Shown piece by piece: positions 12,565 to 25,813 of a stretch of 64,000 nucleotides of DNA; position 1 is the first letter of the stretch; the number at the start of each line of letters is the position of its first letter. Position numbers and translations under genes: made by a program. The DNA comes from Octopus sinensis (Eukaryota): the NCBI RefSeq assembly GCF_006345805.1, contig NC_043001.1, positions 60,574,001 to 60,638,000 on the forward strand. The letters are read 5' to 3'. The notes below the pieces were generated by a model that saw only the letters and a program-made list of their open reading frames with translations, made no database searches and was not told the origin of the DNA.

Positions 12565-15500
12565 TCACGAATGCTTTTTAGCAATTGCCATTTGGTGCAT
12601 GAGAGAGTTCGATGCAGCTGCCCTCATCTGCACCTCCTGCCGTGAAGTTGGTTCATCTGGGACACCTGGCAGGAAGAGATCCAGTTTTATTTTAAAGAGA
12701 TCTGCATCCACACCATGCAGGTCTCTCAGGTTCTTCGGGAGGATATTGAAGAGCTGTGGACTTCTGAAGTCCAGGCCATCACGATATCTTGTTCTACATC
12801 TTGATGGCAAATTTGGAGTTCTTGGCACTATGCAGTGGCGCCCAGTTCTAGCATTTGTGTAACTCTCGATGCCAAAGTTTGGGACAAGTCCTTCTAGGAT
12901 CTTCCAGATGTATATTATGGCATATCTTTCTCGCATACGCTCTAAGGAATAGAGCCTTAATCTCTTGAGTCATTCCCAGTAGCTTATATGCTGCACAGAG
13001 GCTATCATCTTCGTGTAGTTAGTTAGTTAGTTAGTTAGTTAATTTGGCTCAAAAGCAAATAGCAAGGCCATGTAGGGGGACATGGAGTTAAGTACATGGT
13101 GGTGTTTATGTAAAGAGTTCAGGCCACTTGAGGTCCAGGGAGGCTTTGAACAAAGCGGTCGTCGGCATCTTCACCATCTCGTCTGGCAGCTTGTTCCACG
13201 GATCCGCAACCCGGACGGAGAAAGCTCCTCTCCTTCGATTGAGATGAAATCGTCGCAGGTAGAGCTTTTCGGAATGACCCCGCAGCCGACGCTCTGGAGC
13301 AGGAGTGAAGAACAGCTCTTTCGAGAGGTTACACTTTCCGCTTATAATGTTGTGGGCGAGAATGAGATCACCACGGCGGCGGCGTTTTCAAGAGAATAAA
13401 GGTCGAGCGTCCTCAGCCTTTCTTCGTAGGACAAATTTTTGAGACCATGAACCATGCGGGTAGCAAGCTTCTGGACTCTTTCGAGATGCTGTGTCTTTGA
13501 GGAGATAAGGAGAAGAGGCTTGAATCCCATACTCCAATATGGGTCTCACCAGCGTGACATAGAGTGGTAGGAATATGGCTGCTGTGAGCATTCCGAATGA
13601 CCGTCGAATCAAGAACAGAATTCCGCGTGCTTTGTTGGCAGCATGGACGCACTGGGCCGAAGGCGAAAAGCAGGAATCCAACAAGATACCCAGGTCCTTT
13701 ACCTGATCCGTCCTCTCGTTCCGTTGGATCGCCTCAAGTTCTGTGATTAACTTAACATTGGATGGCAAATATAGCTGAAAGCAATAGTCAAAGTGGCTTA
13801 GGACAAGTGTCCTCCAGAAAACCATCATGGTTTCCTGGTCTCTTTTTCTAAAGGTTCTTAGAATCCATCCGGTCAGCCGCCTACATTTCATTGCCAATTT
13901 AGTAACATGCACATAAAAGGTTGCATCATCACTCATGTAAATACCCAGGTCTCGCACTGATTGTGCCTCTGGGATTGCAATCCCTCCAGGTCCAGTGTAT
14001 TTATTGGGTATTGCATTTAGTTTTGCATGCTGATAGCATAAAGCTTGAAACTTTTCAGCATTGAACTGCATGCTATCCTTTCCAGCCCACTTGTATATTT
14101 TGTCCAGCTCACATTGCAGGTGCATAGTGTCTTCAGGATTCTGTATTGCCTGTGAAACTTTTGTATCATCTGCATAACTTGTGATCGTGGCTCTCTGCGT
14201 GGCTGAGGGCATGTCTGAGAGGGCCATTATGAACAGTAGTGGTCCCAAAACAGTGCCTTGTGGAACACCGCTCACTATTTGCGTGTTAATTGGCTACTAC
14301 CACCTGGCTTCTATCCTTCAGAAAATCATGAAGCCATTCTCCCAATTTTGCAACTATGCCAAGATCACGCAGTTTGTGACATATCATTCCATGATCGACT
14401 TTATCAAAGGCCTTTGTAAAGTCGAGATATATGACTTCTACATTTGAGTGGTTGAGCAGTGGTTTCAGCACCCAGTCATAGTGTTATAGGGGCTGTGTTA
14501 GGCAGCTACTTCCTGGTCGGAAACCATGTTCGGTGTCAGGCAGCAAATCATTTTCTTCAAGGAAGGTGATTAGTTTCCTTTTGACTATTCGTTCCATGAC
14601 CTTCCTGATGTGTGAGGTCAGAGAGATAGGTCTGTAGTTCTTGGCCTCCGCTCTGTTATCTCTTTTATGAATAGGGCATATTTTACCTTCCTTCAATTTT
14701 CTTGGAATTTTGCCAGTTGCAAGGAAGCTCTGAAAGAGGAACTGCAGTGGTCTTGCTAGGACTCTCTTACATACTTTCAGAAGGATTGCTGGGAATCCAT
14801 CGGGGCCAGTAGCTGAGTTTGTTTTCATTTCATCTATAGCCTTTATTACATCGTTTTCCTTTATATTGATGTATTCAATCATCGTTGCCTCTGATTTTAT
14901 ATCTGCAGTGATAAAGAAGTCAGTTGCATTGCTGACTTGAAAATGCCCTAGGGGTGGAGTGAAAATACTCTTGGATTGCTCATTTAGTATTTCACTTATC
15001 CTCATTGGATTTCCTGTGAGTGTGCCATCCTTTTCAATGAGTGGCCCTATCCTACAGTGCACCGTAGCTGTTTCTTTGGCATACATGTAGAAAGCTCTGG
15101 GGTTAGATTTTATGTTGTCTATAGCCCTGGCTTCTTTGTCTGCTCTTTCTTTTTCATGGGAGAGTTGCAGACATTTTTCAATTTCCAACAGTTTTATTTT
15201 CAGGCGGGACTTTTCACTGCTTTCAATTTGTTTGTTTAGTCGATTTGAAACATTTGTACGCCGTCTCATTAGAATTCTCCTCTCTCTGGGGATTTTGTTC
15301 TTGTGTACAGTGGCCTTTCTCTCTAGGACACATTTGTAGCATATGGCTTGCATTACAGACATGAATTGTTGAAGTTTCATGTCGATGTCTGGCGCGGAGA
15401 GACATTCAGGCCAGTTTTGTTTGAGGATCTCTTTCTCAATTTGTTTCCAGTTTGCCTTATGGAAGTTCAAGCTGGAAAGATTCTGAGAGTTTCTTGTAGA

Positions 15501-16254
15501 CTGCATGTCCATGATTTCCTTTGGCCCGTACATGGTCAGCTCTACCATGTTGTGATCCGAGAGTAGTGTCGGTGTCACTTTCACATTATGGATGAGGTCC
15601 ATATTATTTGTGAAGCAGAGATCCATTATGTTACCTGCCATTGTTGGCTGGAGTATTATTTGCTCCATGTACAGAATGTTGATGAGGTTCAGGAGGGACC
15701 TCGCCTCTCGCCTGTCCTTGTTCGCATCGTGTCATTCCTGGGAGAGAAAGGCCCTCGGGCCATCTGACATTGGGCAGATTGAAGTCTCCCATAAGAAGTA
15801 CACTTATGTGTTGTTCTAATGTGACTAGAACGTCTTCTCTTTTTATAAGGCACTCTTCAAACTTGCCTACATGGCTTAGGGCATCTGGAGGGCGATATGT
15901 AGCACATATAACTACACCAAGTTGCCTTTTATGTACAATTAGTGTGTCACACACGGAATTTGAGTATGACAAAAGGACCTGGGGTGTGAGGACCTCGCGG
16001 ATGTACATAGCAACTCCTCCATGACTCCTTTCTTTTCTGTCGGTCCGTAGTACAACATTCTGTGGTATGTGTATTTCCGCATCTACTATGTCTGGTTTCA
16101 TGTGTGTTTCCGTAAGTGCTATGTATAAGGCTTGAATGCATGCAACAAGGTCTCTCAAGAACGGGATTTTTGTCTTGTTACTGAGTGTTAGCAGTCCTCT
16201 GATGTTCAGTAGGAGTATCGAGGTGATGTGTGTGTTGTTGCCGGTGGTGTTCAC
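12565..16254 (-). pseudogene. LINE ORF2: AP endonuclease plus reverse transcriptase, frameshifted and interrupted
   Basis: LLNIRGL, LTETH, GGVAMY, YRPP, GDFNLP, SDH; GPDGFP, YRPISLTS, HGFRPG, YLDFTKAFDKVDH, GVPQGTVLGPLLF, YADDTK. Confidence 0.95.
13018..13717 (-). mobile_element. 5'-truncated CR1 of a second family nested in the first LINE, (TAAC)n tail
   Basis: KDLGILLD...LVRPILEY...LERVQKLATRM...WNKLP interrupts host LEAIQRN|YTKMIAS. Tail at 13018-13040. Confidence 0.9.
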
Positions 16255-16344
16255 CTTGGGTCTATTTACTGTGGCGGTCTTGTGTATTGTGTATTGTGGA
16301 TTGTCCCATCTGCGAGTTTGAGTTTGATGGAGCCAGGTTAGCTG

Positions 16345-17100
16345 CTATACAATCTTTTGTGCCATGCACAAAAAAGATTCTTGTTCAGCAGTTGCTCTTT
16401 CAATAATATGTTGGTGGTTTGTAGCACGCACTACATCTGCGTACCTCCGTTTTTGGGCAGGTGGTGCATGGTCCATTCCTTTTCCTTTTGGTAGTTGGTT
16501 TCTGCCCTGTTTCATGTTTATGTGGCAGGGTCTTTGGTGTGCAAAACTGCAGCCTGCATCTTCCTCTCCATTCCAGCAGACACCTATCAGGTAGAATTTA
16601 CACATTCGTGTGCGCAGTCTCTTTCTATCCTTTTTGGTATATGGATAGTCAGGTTTGCTTCAATCCTTGGCTGTTTCATCTTTTGTTTTTCTTTTAGTTT
16701 TCTTTCTTTTACTTCTTTTTTGGCTCTTTCATCTTCATGGTTTTGGTTTTTGGTGCTGGTAGGGACACTTGCACTTGGGTTTACTTCCCGGGCAGGTTTC
16801 TCACTTGAATCTTCTTTGTTGTCCTGCGTGTCTGCCAAGTGGGGGTGACATCTTTCATCAGCACCCGTGCCTCCATCCTTGCCATCTTTACTTTGTTCGT
16901 TGTCAAAGATGGCATCAAGCGTGCCGATGTGGGATCTTATGAGTGCATAGAAGCGTATAAACACCTGCTTCTTTCGCTCTATCTGTGCTAACGTCCTTGT
17001 GTATCCACTGCTCTTCAGCGCAGCTGTAATTATGTTGTTCGGATTATTTCCAGGCTCTCGGGAACAACGCCAATTCCATGCTCCTCCAGGTTCTGGACAT
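16345..17100 (-). pseudogene. LINE ORF1 with Myb/SANT-like N-terminus and CCCH zinc finger, frameshifted
   Basis: MSRTWRSMELALFPRAW / NNPNNIITAALKSSGYTRTLAQIERKKQVFIRFY; CKFYLIGVCWNGEEDAGCSFAH. Confidence 0.65.
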
Positions 17101-17532
17101 TTTTTGATATTTTATTTATTTATCTATCTAATTATATTTAAAATTTAATAGTGTGATAGAGGGTAGAGAAGAAATAGAGAAAGAAAGTGTCTGTGTATTT
17201 AGAGACACTGAGAGCGGAGAGAAGATAAGAAGAGAGTAAGAGAGAGCGAGAGGAGAAAGTTCGCGTCTATATATTTAGAAAGATTGAGAGGCTGAGAGAG
17301 AAAATATTGTGTGATAGAGAGGAGTGGAGAAGTGAAGAGACAGAGAAAGAGGCATGAGGGAGATAAGTGAAGAGACAGAGAGAGAAAGAAATGAAAGAGA
17401 GGAGGTTGTGCAACAAATAAATATATACCTACGAAACTTCTACGAGAGTTTTCTTCGGAACTAATTACGACTATATTTCTAGTGTTCGCGTCTATATATT
17501 TAGGAAGATTGAGAGGCTGAGTAAAAGTAAAG

Positions 17533-17593
<61 letters not shown>

Positions 17594-19068
17594 TAGCTAC
17601 AAATAAAATATACTCCTCTCTAAAGTTGAATAATTATAAAGAGATATAGTGAGAAAATGACAGAAACGAAGCTGAAACAGAAATTGAACGATTATTAACA
17701 GAATGTAAATTGTAAATATATACCTGTCCGTAGCTACAAACGTTTTCTTCTAAACCAAACTAATTGCGACTATACTCCTAATGTTCGCGTCTATATATTT
17801 AGGGAGATTGAGGTGCTGAGTAAATATATATATATATATACAAAATAAGAAAATGGAGAAATACATCTAAATCATTAATCAACTACCAGATAATACCCAA
17901 TCACATACTTTATTGAACCACTAAATAAGAACATTAAGGTTAAACATAAAAATATATAACAAAACAGCGTACATGAATGAGTAATACAATACAATAGGTA
18001 CATTCATTATAAGAGGATATAAATAAATAAATAGATATAAATATAAATATTAGTCATGTATAGTATGTCAATATGAAGTTAAAAATGAGACATTTACAAA
18101 GATATCTTAAGGCCTCTTCGGAGATTCTAAAGTATAAACTAAATTACATATATACTCATACAAGTGTAGGTACATACCCATAAAAAATCATTTACATATA
18201 TATATGAGTGCATATACTCATACTCTTACACATACACATATACATATACATAATAATACAAATAATATAAATCAATAGAATATATATATGTTCCATATTC
18301 AATGTTTTTCAACTTAATATTAAGATATTACAACGTAGAGAACGTAGACATAAAGCAACAAATAAATATATGCCTATCTAAAATTGAATAATTTTAAAGA
18401 AATGTATTGTGAAATTGAAAAAAACGGAGCTGAAACAGAAATTGAAAGATTATTAACAGAATGTAAACAGAGAATAGGTGCTTACATTGAATTACTGGAA
18501 ATTAAACAAATGAAAAAGTGTACTTATCTTATAAGAGGTAGAAGTCCCAAAATCGTCTCCCTATACGAAGAGGTTTTCTTTCAAAAAAGTAAAGAAAAAC
18601 GGTTCTTTTTGCTTGTTACAGTCGATTGGGAATAAACTTAAGAGATGTCACCACGTGCTTTTTTCGACGGGAAATCTGGCGTGCGTAATTAACTTTAGTG
18701 TATTATATTTGACTTGAAGCGAAATATATTACGGTTTTTAACTAATATATCCTAGTTGACCGCAAGTTTTCGTCGATTATTTCATCGATTTATGCAAACC
18801 TTTTTGTTTTTTTATCACAGAGCAAAGCAACACGCCTCTACCCTGCGAAAACCGGAAGTAATATGACGAACTGTCTATTTGCTTGGACCTGTTGTTTAAT
18901 TGTGTTTATTTATATATTTATACACATGTAAAAGTGTATATACTCTGTTTGTGTATGTATATATGTATATGTGTACGTGTATATGGATATTTGTTTATAT
19001 TTTTATATATATTAAATTCTACGTGTATCCTGTTTCATGTATTAATATTTTAAAGTTCTTTAGAATCT

Positions 19069-19191
19069 CTGACGAGGCCTATGGTTATATATAAGTACCC
19101 TATTTTTAAATGCCTACAGCCACAATATAATTGAAAACTATAGGCACGGGAAAAAATCTACTTTTATCCATACGCTGAAACAGGTGTAAGA
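19069..19191 (+). ncRNA. Type I HHR-like motif with long loop II insertion
   Basis: tct-CTGACGA-GGCCTATGG...CCATACGCT-GAAA-C-aggt-GTA-aga. Stem II pairs at 8 of 9 positions; stem I is only 3 bp. Confidence 0.45.
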
Positions 19192-19382
19192 AGTGATTGT
19201 AATGATTTCAATAATTTATGTTATGATTTTTATAATCGTATTCTTATATTATATGTATTGAATTATAATGTATATATGTATGCTATTAAGGTTCTCATCT
19301 TTGTTAAATGAATAAATATGTCAACATTTTAATATTCGAAAGCTAATGAAACAACTAACTTTTTTCTCCATTTTCTTATTTC

Positions 19383-19423
<41 letters not shown>

Positions 19424-19504
19424 TAGAGAGATATACATATACATATATATGTATATATATATATATACATACTCTTACGTATGTGTGTGTGTTTGTGTGT
19501 GTGA

Positions 19505-20630
19505 TGACTTTTGCTTCATCACCAACCTGAGAAAAAAAAGCAGTTGCACTGTTTCAACCTGCTGTTTACCACCCCACTAGAAGTTTCCTTAAGGATAAGT
19601 TACTTGAGGTTGTTGAGCCTTTTATTTACCTTGAAAGGTCTGTATAAAATTATGGAAATCCGGACACAGAAAATACATCTGTAAAAATTGAAAGGGAGGC
19701 ACAAGCATTTGGTGATTTGGAGTCACACGTTTGGCGCCAACGATATATAAATAACAACACAAAATTGGCACTTTACAAATCGTTTGTTCTACCATCCCTG
19801 TTGTATTCATCTAGAACATGGACGTGTTGTTAAATATTTCAAATTGTTAGAACGGTTCCATAAATAATGGCTTCGCTCTATTTTAAACATTAAATGGGGC
19901 CTTTTTATTCCAGACACAGGTGCCTCACTTAAATTGAATTAATGATTCTGGAAAAAATCAAATGAGATGGTCTGACCACATTGTTTGAATGGTGGGAGAA
20001 TGCACACCCAAACAGCTAGTTTACGGTGAGCATGCAGAGAAGAATCACAATCGCTGTAAACAAAAAAAGGAGGTTGAAGGACAGCATAAGGTCTACCATG
20101 AAATCAATTGGAATGAATCCAAAACCTATAGAAACCCTTACTTTGGATCGAGCTGGATGGCGAACAAAAGTGTGGAGTGAAGGTTCTTAACGTGATCAAG
20201 ATAACACATACAAGACTCAAGAAAGCTTTAAAGAAGAATGTTGCGATCGAGGGAATGAATGTCAGTGACCTTTTTTGTGCAAAGTTTGTGACAGACCATG
20301 CCTTTCTTTTGCTGGGCTCAAATCTTATTTGAAGACCCATGAAAACCTAACGTCCACCATCTATTTTGCCTATATATCTGCGCACACCTTTCAATGCCTT
20401 GTATGCTATAAGGTCTGCAATTCTAACGGACGCCTCAAAAAACATTTTAAGATGCACACAGAGCAGAACTTAAGTGCAGCTCATGGTGTTCCAAATCGGA
20501 TATGGAATGTATGTGAGTGACTTTCAGAAGTATTATCTAGTTTAAAAAACCACATTAAACGCCATGATGGATCTAAGGCATAGACAGAAGATGGGGTCGA
20601 ACTTTATATAAGGAGTAGACAACTACCATG
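19505..20630 (+). mobile_element. 3' fragment of an RTE-type LINE ending in three C2H2 zinc fingers
   Basis: RT C-terminal motifs (LLYSSRTW, PKQLVYGE) then CKVC..x12..Y/H..H, CLVC..x12..HFKMH, (W)NVC..x12..HIKRH at 20278-20574. Confidence 0.8.
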
Positions 20631-20902
20631 TATATATATATATATATATATCTGAAACGTAGGTATAATATTTATAAATCTGAAGCTATATAGAGCACAG
20701 TTTTTAAATTTGTTTAGTTACTGCTGGACTATATATTTACGCTTGCACACTAAGTTCGAATCCATAATTGATAAAGACGTAGCTGCCTTGCGCATGTAAG
20801 GGTCCTCCTCTCGGTATAATAAAAACATTTTATATACTTTATACATACGTACATATATATGTGTGTGTGTGTGTGCCTGTGTATGCATGTATGTATGTAT
20901 AT

Positions 20903-20959
<57 letters not shown>

Positions 20960-20995
20960 CATACATACGTACATACATACATACACATACATATA

Positions 20996-21160
20996 GACGC
21001 AGGAGTGGCTGCGTGGTAAATAGCTTGCCTAACAACCACATGGTTCCGGGTTCAGTCCCACTGTGTGGCACCTTGGGCAAGGATTTTCTGCTAAGACATC
21101 GGGCTGATTACAGCCTTGTTAGTAGAATTGTTAGACGGATGCTGAAAGAAGTCCTTCGTA
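20996..21160 (+). mobile_element. tRNA-derived SINE, 5' part (octopus-type family)
   Basis: A-box-like TGGCTGCGTGG and B-box-like GGGTTCAGTCCC. Same family at 23460-23850, 28615-28700, 47091-47225 and 63920-64000. Confidence 0.8.
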
Positions 21161-21491
21161 TATATATGTATTTATATATGTAGATTTATATGTACGTGTA
21201 TATAAATGCCTATTTGTCTTATATATATATATATATATTCTTTTATTCTTTTATTTGTTTCAGTCACTTGACAGCGAAATATATAGTCCAGGATTAGCTA
21301 ATTTCTGGTACTGCGCCATGTCTTTACCTCATCAGTAGAGCATAGATACAGGAAACAAATGAGATATATATGTATAACTACAGGAGGGCAAACTCAAATG
21401 ATTTTTAAAGCAGTGAGGCGATTTAGTGTCTATCTTCGACTTATAGGCTTGAAAAATATCTTGTATTCCCTTAATTATAATTTTGTATATG

Positions 21492-22565
21492 TATTAGGTT
21501 GTCAAGTATGAAATTTGTAGAAAAGGAGAAAAGTTTGCTAATATTTTATGAATACAATGAATAGATTTATTCATCAAAGTATGCACCTATATTGTCAATA
21601 AACTTTTGCCATTTCAGCGGTAACTTGTCCAGCACAGAACTGTAAAAGCCTGGCAATCTAGAGTCAATAAAATCCTGGAAGACCTGTTTTCCAGCATCGT
21701 CGGAATTACATTTGTTTCTACCAAAATGTTATCCAAATTCTGGAGGAAGTGGTAGCCAGTGTGGGCAATATCAAGTGAGTATGGTGGATGATGGAGAACT
21801 TCCAACTTTTGTAATTTCGCTAACGTCATTTTTGTGATGTGTTGTCTGGCGTTATCTTGCAATAAAATAGGAGTGGATGCGTTGACTAATCTAGGTTGTT
21901 TGTTTTGTTAAGTTTCTGCATCAATCGGTCCAGTTGGCTAAAGTCTACTTTCGCCATGAATGATGAGCCAGGTTTAATGAAATCATAAGGGATCACACTT
22001 ACACTTGACCACCAAACATATACCATCATCTGTTCTTTTTGGACTGTATTTTGGTAGCTCCATTTTGTCCAACCATTGTGCTGAACGTTTACAGTTGTTG
22101 TATTGGATCGATTTCGCACCACACATTATAATTCGATTCAATATGATTCATTTTGTGACGAGAAAGTAGCATAATTCAGGCTTCCAAACTTTATTCTTTC
22201 GGATTTTCATTGAGTTCATGTAGAACCAATTTATCCAACTTTTTTCACTTTACTGTTTTAAACTAGGTGAGTCAATATTGTTTGCTTGCTAACACCAAAT
22301 AACCACGATAATTCACAGTCACTTTGAGAAGGATCTGACTCGACGGTGGCTTTCAGTTCGTCATTATCCACCTTTGTTTCTGGTCGACCGTGTTGCTCAT
22401 TTGTGAGGTCAATGTTATCAGTGAAATTTTGCAAACCATTTTGATACTGTCTGCTGTGTGATAACATGAGAATGAAATGCTGCATTAATATTCCGAGCTG
22501 TCTGTGGATGCTGTATTTCAAAGAAAGAACTCATACATAAAAACTTTACGAATTTCTGACTTATC
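21492..22565 (-). mobile_element. Degenerate mariner (DD34D) transposon
   Basis: GRPETKVDNDELKATVESDP, VWW, DNARQH, HPPYSLDIA. Stops and frameshifts present. Confidence 0.88.
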
Positions 22566-23312
22566 CATCTCTAAACAGAAATAGCAAAAAACCATTTATA
22601 AATACTTTATAAAGTGCAAAAGGAGTTAGAATAAAGAAATAGATGTATTAGATGTATTAGATTTCTAAAAAAAATAAAGATTGTCAAAATATAATAATGA
22701 CGCAAAATGAACAGGGAGAGAGGAAGAGAGACAGCCTTGTGCAATGTGCTACAAAAAAGAAAATATCAGTAAATTTTACCAAAATATGTGTGTGTATGTG
22801 TATCGTTATATGACATTCAATAAAATGAAATAAAAGAAAAACTAAGGACGAATAGCAGCTGAATCCTTGTTATAAATGCTTATTCATTGGCTATGATAAA
22901 TGTAAATACTTTTTATGAATATAGCTCAGGTGACTGATAAGGTTTTGCTTCACGTAATTTACGAATGAAATACTATCCAACTGCAATCTGTGTGTCGGGA
23001 CTTAACAGCAGTCTTTCACTCTCGTGGTATTGAATTTATTTCGTGCATGCCAGACAGGATTAATGTTCCTAATGAGTTCTGGCATGTGGACTAAATGTTA
23101 TTGTTAACTAAATGTTCTTAATTTTCATTAGAATAATGAAATACAGATATTATTAGTTGATTAATTAAATAATTAATTTATCGTTATTCTCTCCGTACAT
23201 AAATCTATTCAATCATCTCATGGAAGCTACCAAGCTAGTAACCACGATGAAAATGATCCAGATCATATGATATATCACCATAAAGCACACACACAGACAC
23301 ACACACACACAT

Positions 23313-23347
<35 letters not shown>

Positions 23348-23459
23348 AATATATGCATGAATATATCCGCGTGCGTAAACAGAATTGCTATTTAGACTTA
23401 AAATACATCGTGCTTATACAAGGTACCCTCTTGGTTTAGTGGTACGGTACGTTCTCCTC

Positions 23460-23696
23460 TTATCTTTTTAATTGTTTCAGTCATTTGACTGTGGCCATGC
23501 TAGAGCACCGCTCTAGAGAGTGTTAGTCGAAGAAATCGTCCCCAGGACTTAGTCTTTGTAAACCTAGTACTTATTGTATCTGTTTTTTTGCCGCTAAGTT
23601 ACGTGCACATAAACACACAAACATCGGTTGTAAAGTGATATCGGGCGAGGTGGGGGACAAACACAAACACACACACAAATATATATGTATGTATAT

Positions 23697-23746
<50 letters not shown>

Positions 23747-23850
23747 AAGGACTTCTTCCAGTTTCTGTCTAACAAAATAGTAGAAGACACTTGCGCAAGG
23801 TCTACGTAATGGGACTGAACCTGGAACCTTGTGGGTGGGAAGCAAACTTA
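23460..23850 (-). mobile_element. SINE, same family as 20996, with internal TA/CA tract
   Basis: The 3' end CAGTCATTTGACTG hairpin and the head GGGACTGAACC are both present. Confidence 0.8.
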
Positions 23851-25217
23851 GTGTTCAATACTTAGTGTTCAATAAGTTCCATTCAATAAGGAAGGAATAA
23901 AATGTAGGCGTATAAAACAGAAATAAATTACGAATTCATGAAATAAGTTGGAAGGGTATAAAAGGTTTTAAAATAAGAAGAAAGCAAATAAAAAAAAAGA
24001 AAATTTGTGACTGCAGAAGTTACGAAAATATGATGGTACATTAATTTTACTTCGACAAATACACGCACAGAAATATACATATACATGTGTGTGTTTGTGT
24101 GTGCCTGTGTGTGTTTGTGTGTGTGTGTGTGTGTATACTCAGTATTTCAGAAGTAACATGTCATTGTGTTTCTGCGTATGTTGTAGGGAGAAAGTGCTTA
24201 TAAGGGCGTGAGCTTATAAATATGTGAAAATGTACATACACACGTACGCACATAAATGCATATATACTTGCGTATATTTGCACGTGTACGAGTATGTATA
24301 TATGTATGTATGTATGTATGTATGTTTGTATGTATGCATGCATGTATATATGTGGATTGTAGTGTTGTCGTTCAAAACTTAACTTGTTTACTTGACCTAT
24401 GATTTAACCTTTTGAATAACGTTTCTTTACACAAGTGACATTTGCTCTCGAATATAGTTTAAGATATTGATGTCGGATAAGTATGAAATTTTGATACTGG
24501 GAAGTAAAATTATGTAGCAAATGAAATAATCATGACTGAATACATATCCACATTCATACTGAAACAGACTAAAATATGCTCAGTAATATTTTAATCCAAT
24601 GTCCACAATTTATAGAATATTCAAATACGAAATTTATGTAATGACATTTACTCTTAGCTACGTAGAAGACATGGCGGATAATTTCAATTTTCCCAATAAA
24701 TCATAATAAAAAGAAAGAAAATATAAAAGTATAATTTCGGAATATGAAGGAAATATTTGTCTGAATGAAGTGAAATATTTATATATCTTACATGTAATCA
24801 CAATTAGAAACATGTGTTCATATAAACACATGTACATATAAGCATATTGCTAAACTATTTTGGTACATACTAAATATATAGGTGAGCTACTTCAATTTTA
24901 AAACCTGAAAAATATGATATAAGTTTTACAGTTTAAGATCCGTCAACGATTCCAGATAATAAATATGAGTGTTTTTATATGAAGTTTAGAACACATTACA
25001 TAATTTTATACAATCAGGACCACATATTGTATTTTTCCTGTATAAAATTTGAAACAGTTCACGCATAATTTCTGTCCCACCTCATGACACTATAGGCATG
25101 TGTGTTCCACTTAGCGAGCCGACTGAAGCATCGTGAGTATATTTCGTGGACGGAAACGGAAAGAAAACCGTCGAGTGTATGTATGTATGTATGTATGTAT
25201 GTATGTATGTATGTATG

Positions 25218-25300
<83 letters not shown>

Positions 25301-25307
<7 letters not shown>

Positions 25308-25772
25308 AATGTATGTAAATATATATGTATGTATAACTCACGTGACTTCAATAGGCCTTCTTATAATATTTAGTCCTGGTTTCTTCTAGACTATAGTTCT
25401 TCCTATAGCATCTGCTTAGGGATCTTCTGATTGTTCATTTTGTGCACCATTGTCCCAGGAAAGAAAACAATTAACGGTGGGAGTGGATATGTTTGCAGAA
25501 ACTCGCATTTAGCATGCTGAATTTAAAACGAACAGCTCCATATCGATCACCAGTGTAGTGAATTTGGGAAATATCATCTGCTGTATCTGCGAGCGTGTGT
25601 AACTCACGATTTTACCTCATTAGTGCCAGCAGAGACACTCGTCTAAAGAATAATCTTGTCGGAAAGCAAAGTGTTCTTATTGGTGGTCAGTGGTGGACTT
25701 CCTCTGTCAGGAGTGAATAGCCATCATTTATATGTGTGAGTGAGTGAGTGTGGGAGTGTATGTGTGTGAGTT

Positions 25773-25813
<41 letters not shown>

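Larger units (their letters stand above)
12470..17140 (-). mobile_element. Near full-length CR1-clade LINE (ORF1, ORF2, 3' UTR, TAAAA tail), degenerate
   Basis: APE and RT motifs in order (see ORF2). 3' UTR hairpin and (TAAAA)n tail at 12470-12540. Confidence 0.93.

Noticed and set aside
13388-14275. 295-aa ORF as one RT protein
   Set aside because: It is a chimera across a nested insertion junction at 13717.
18384-18635. 83-aa charged ORF
   Set aside because: No recognisable motif, and part of it is duplicated at 17671. It may be a retroelement N-terminus but I cannot support that.
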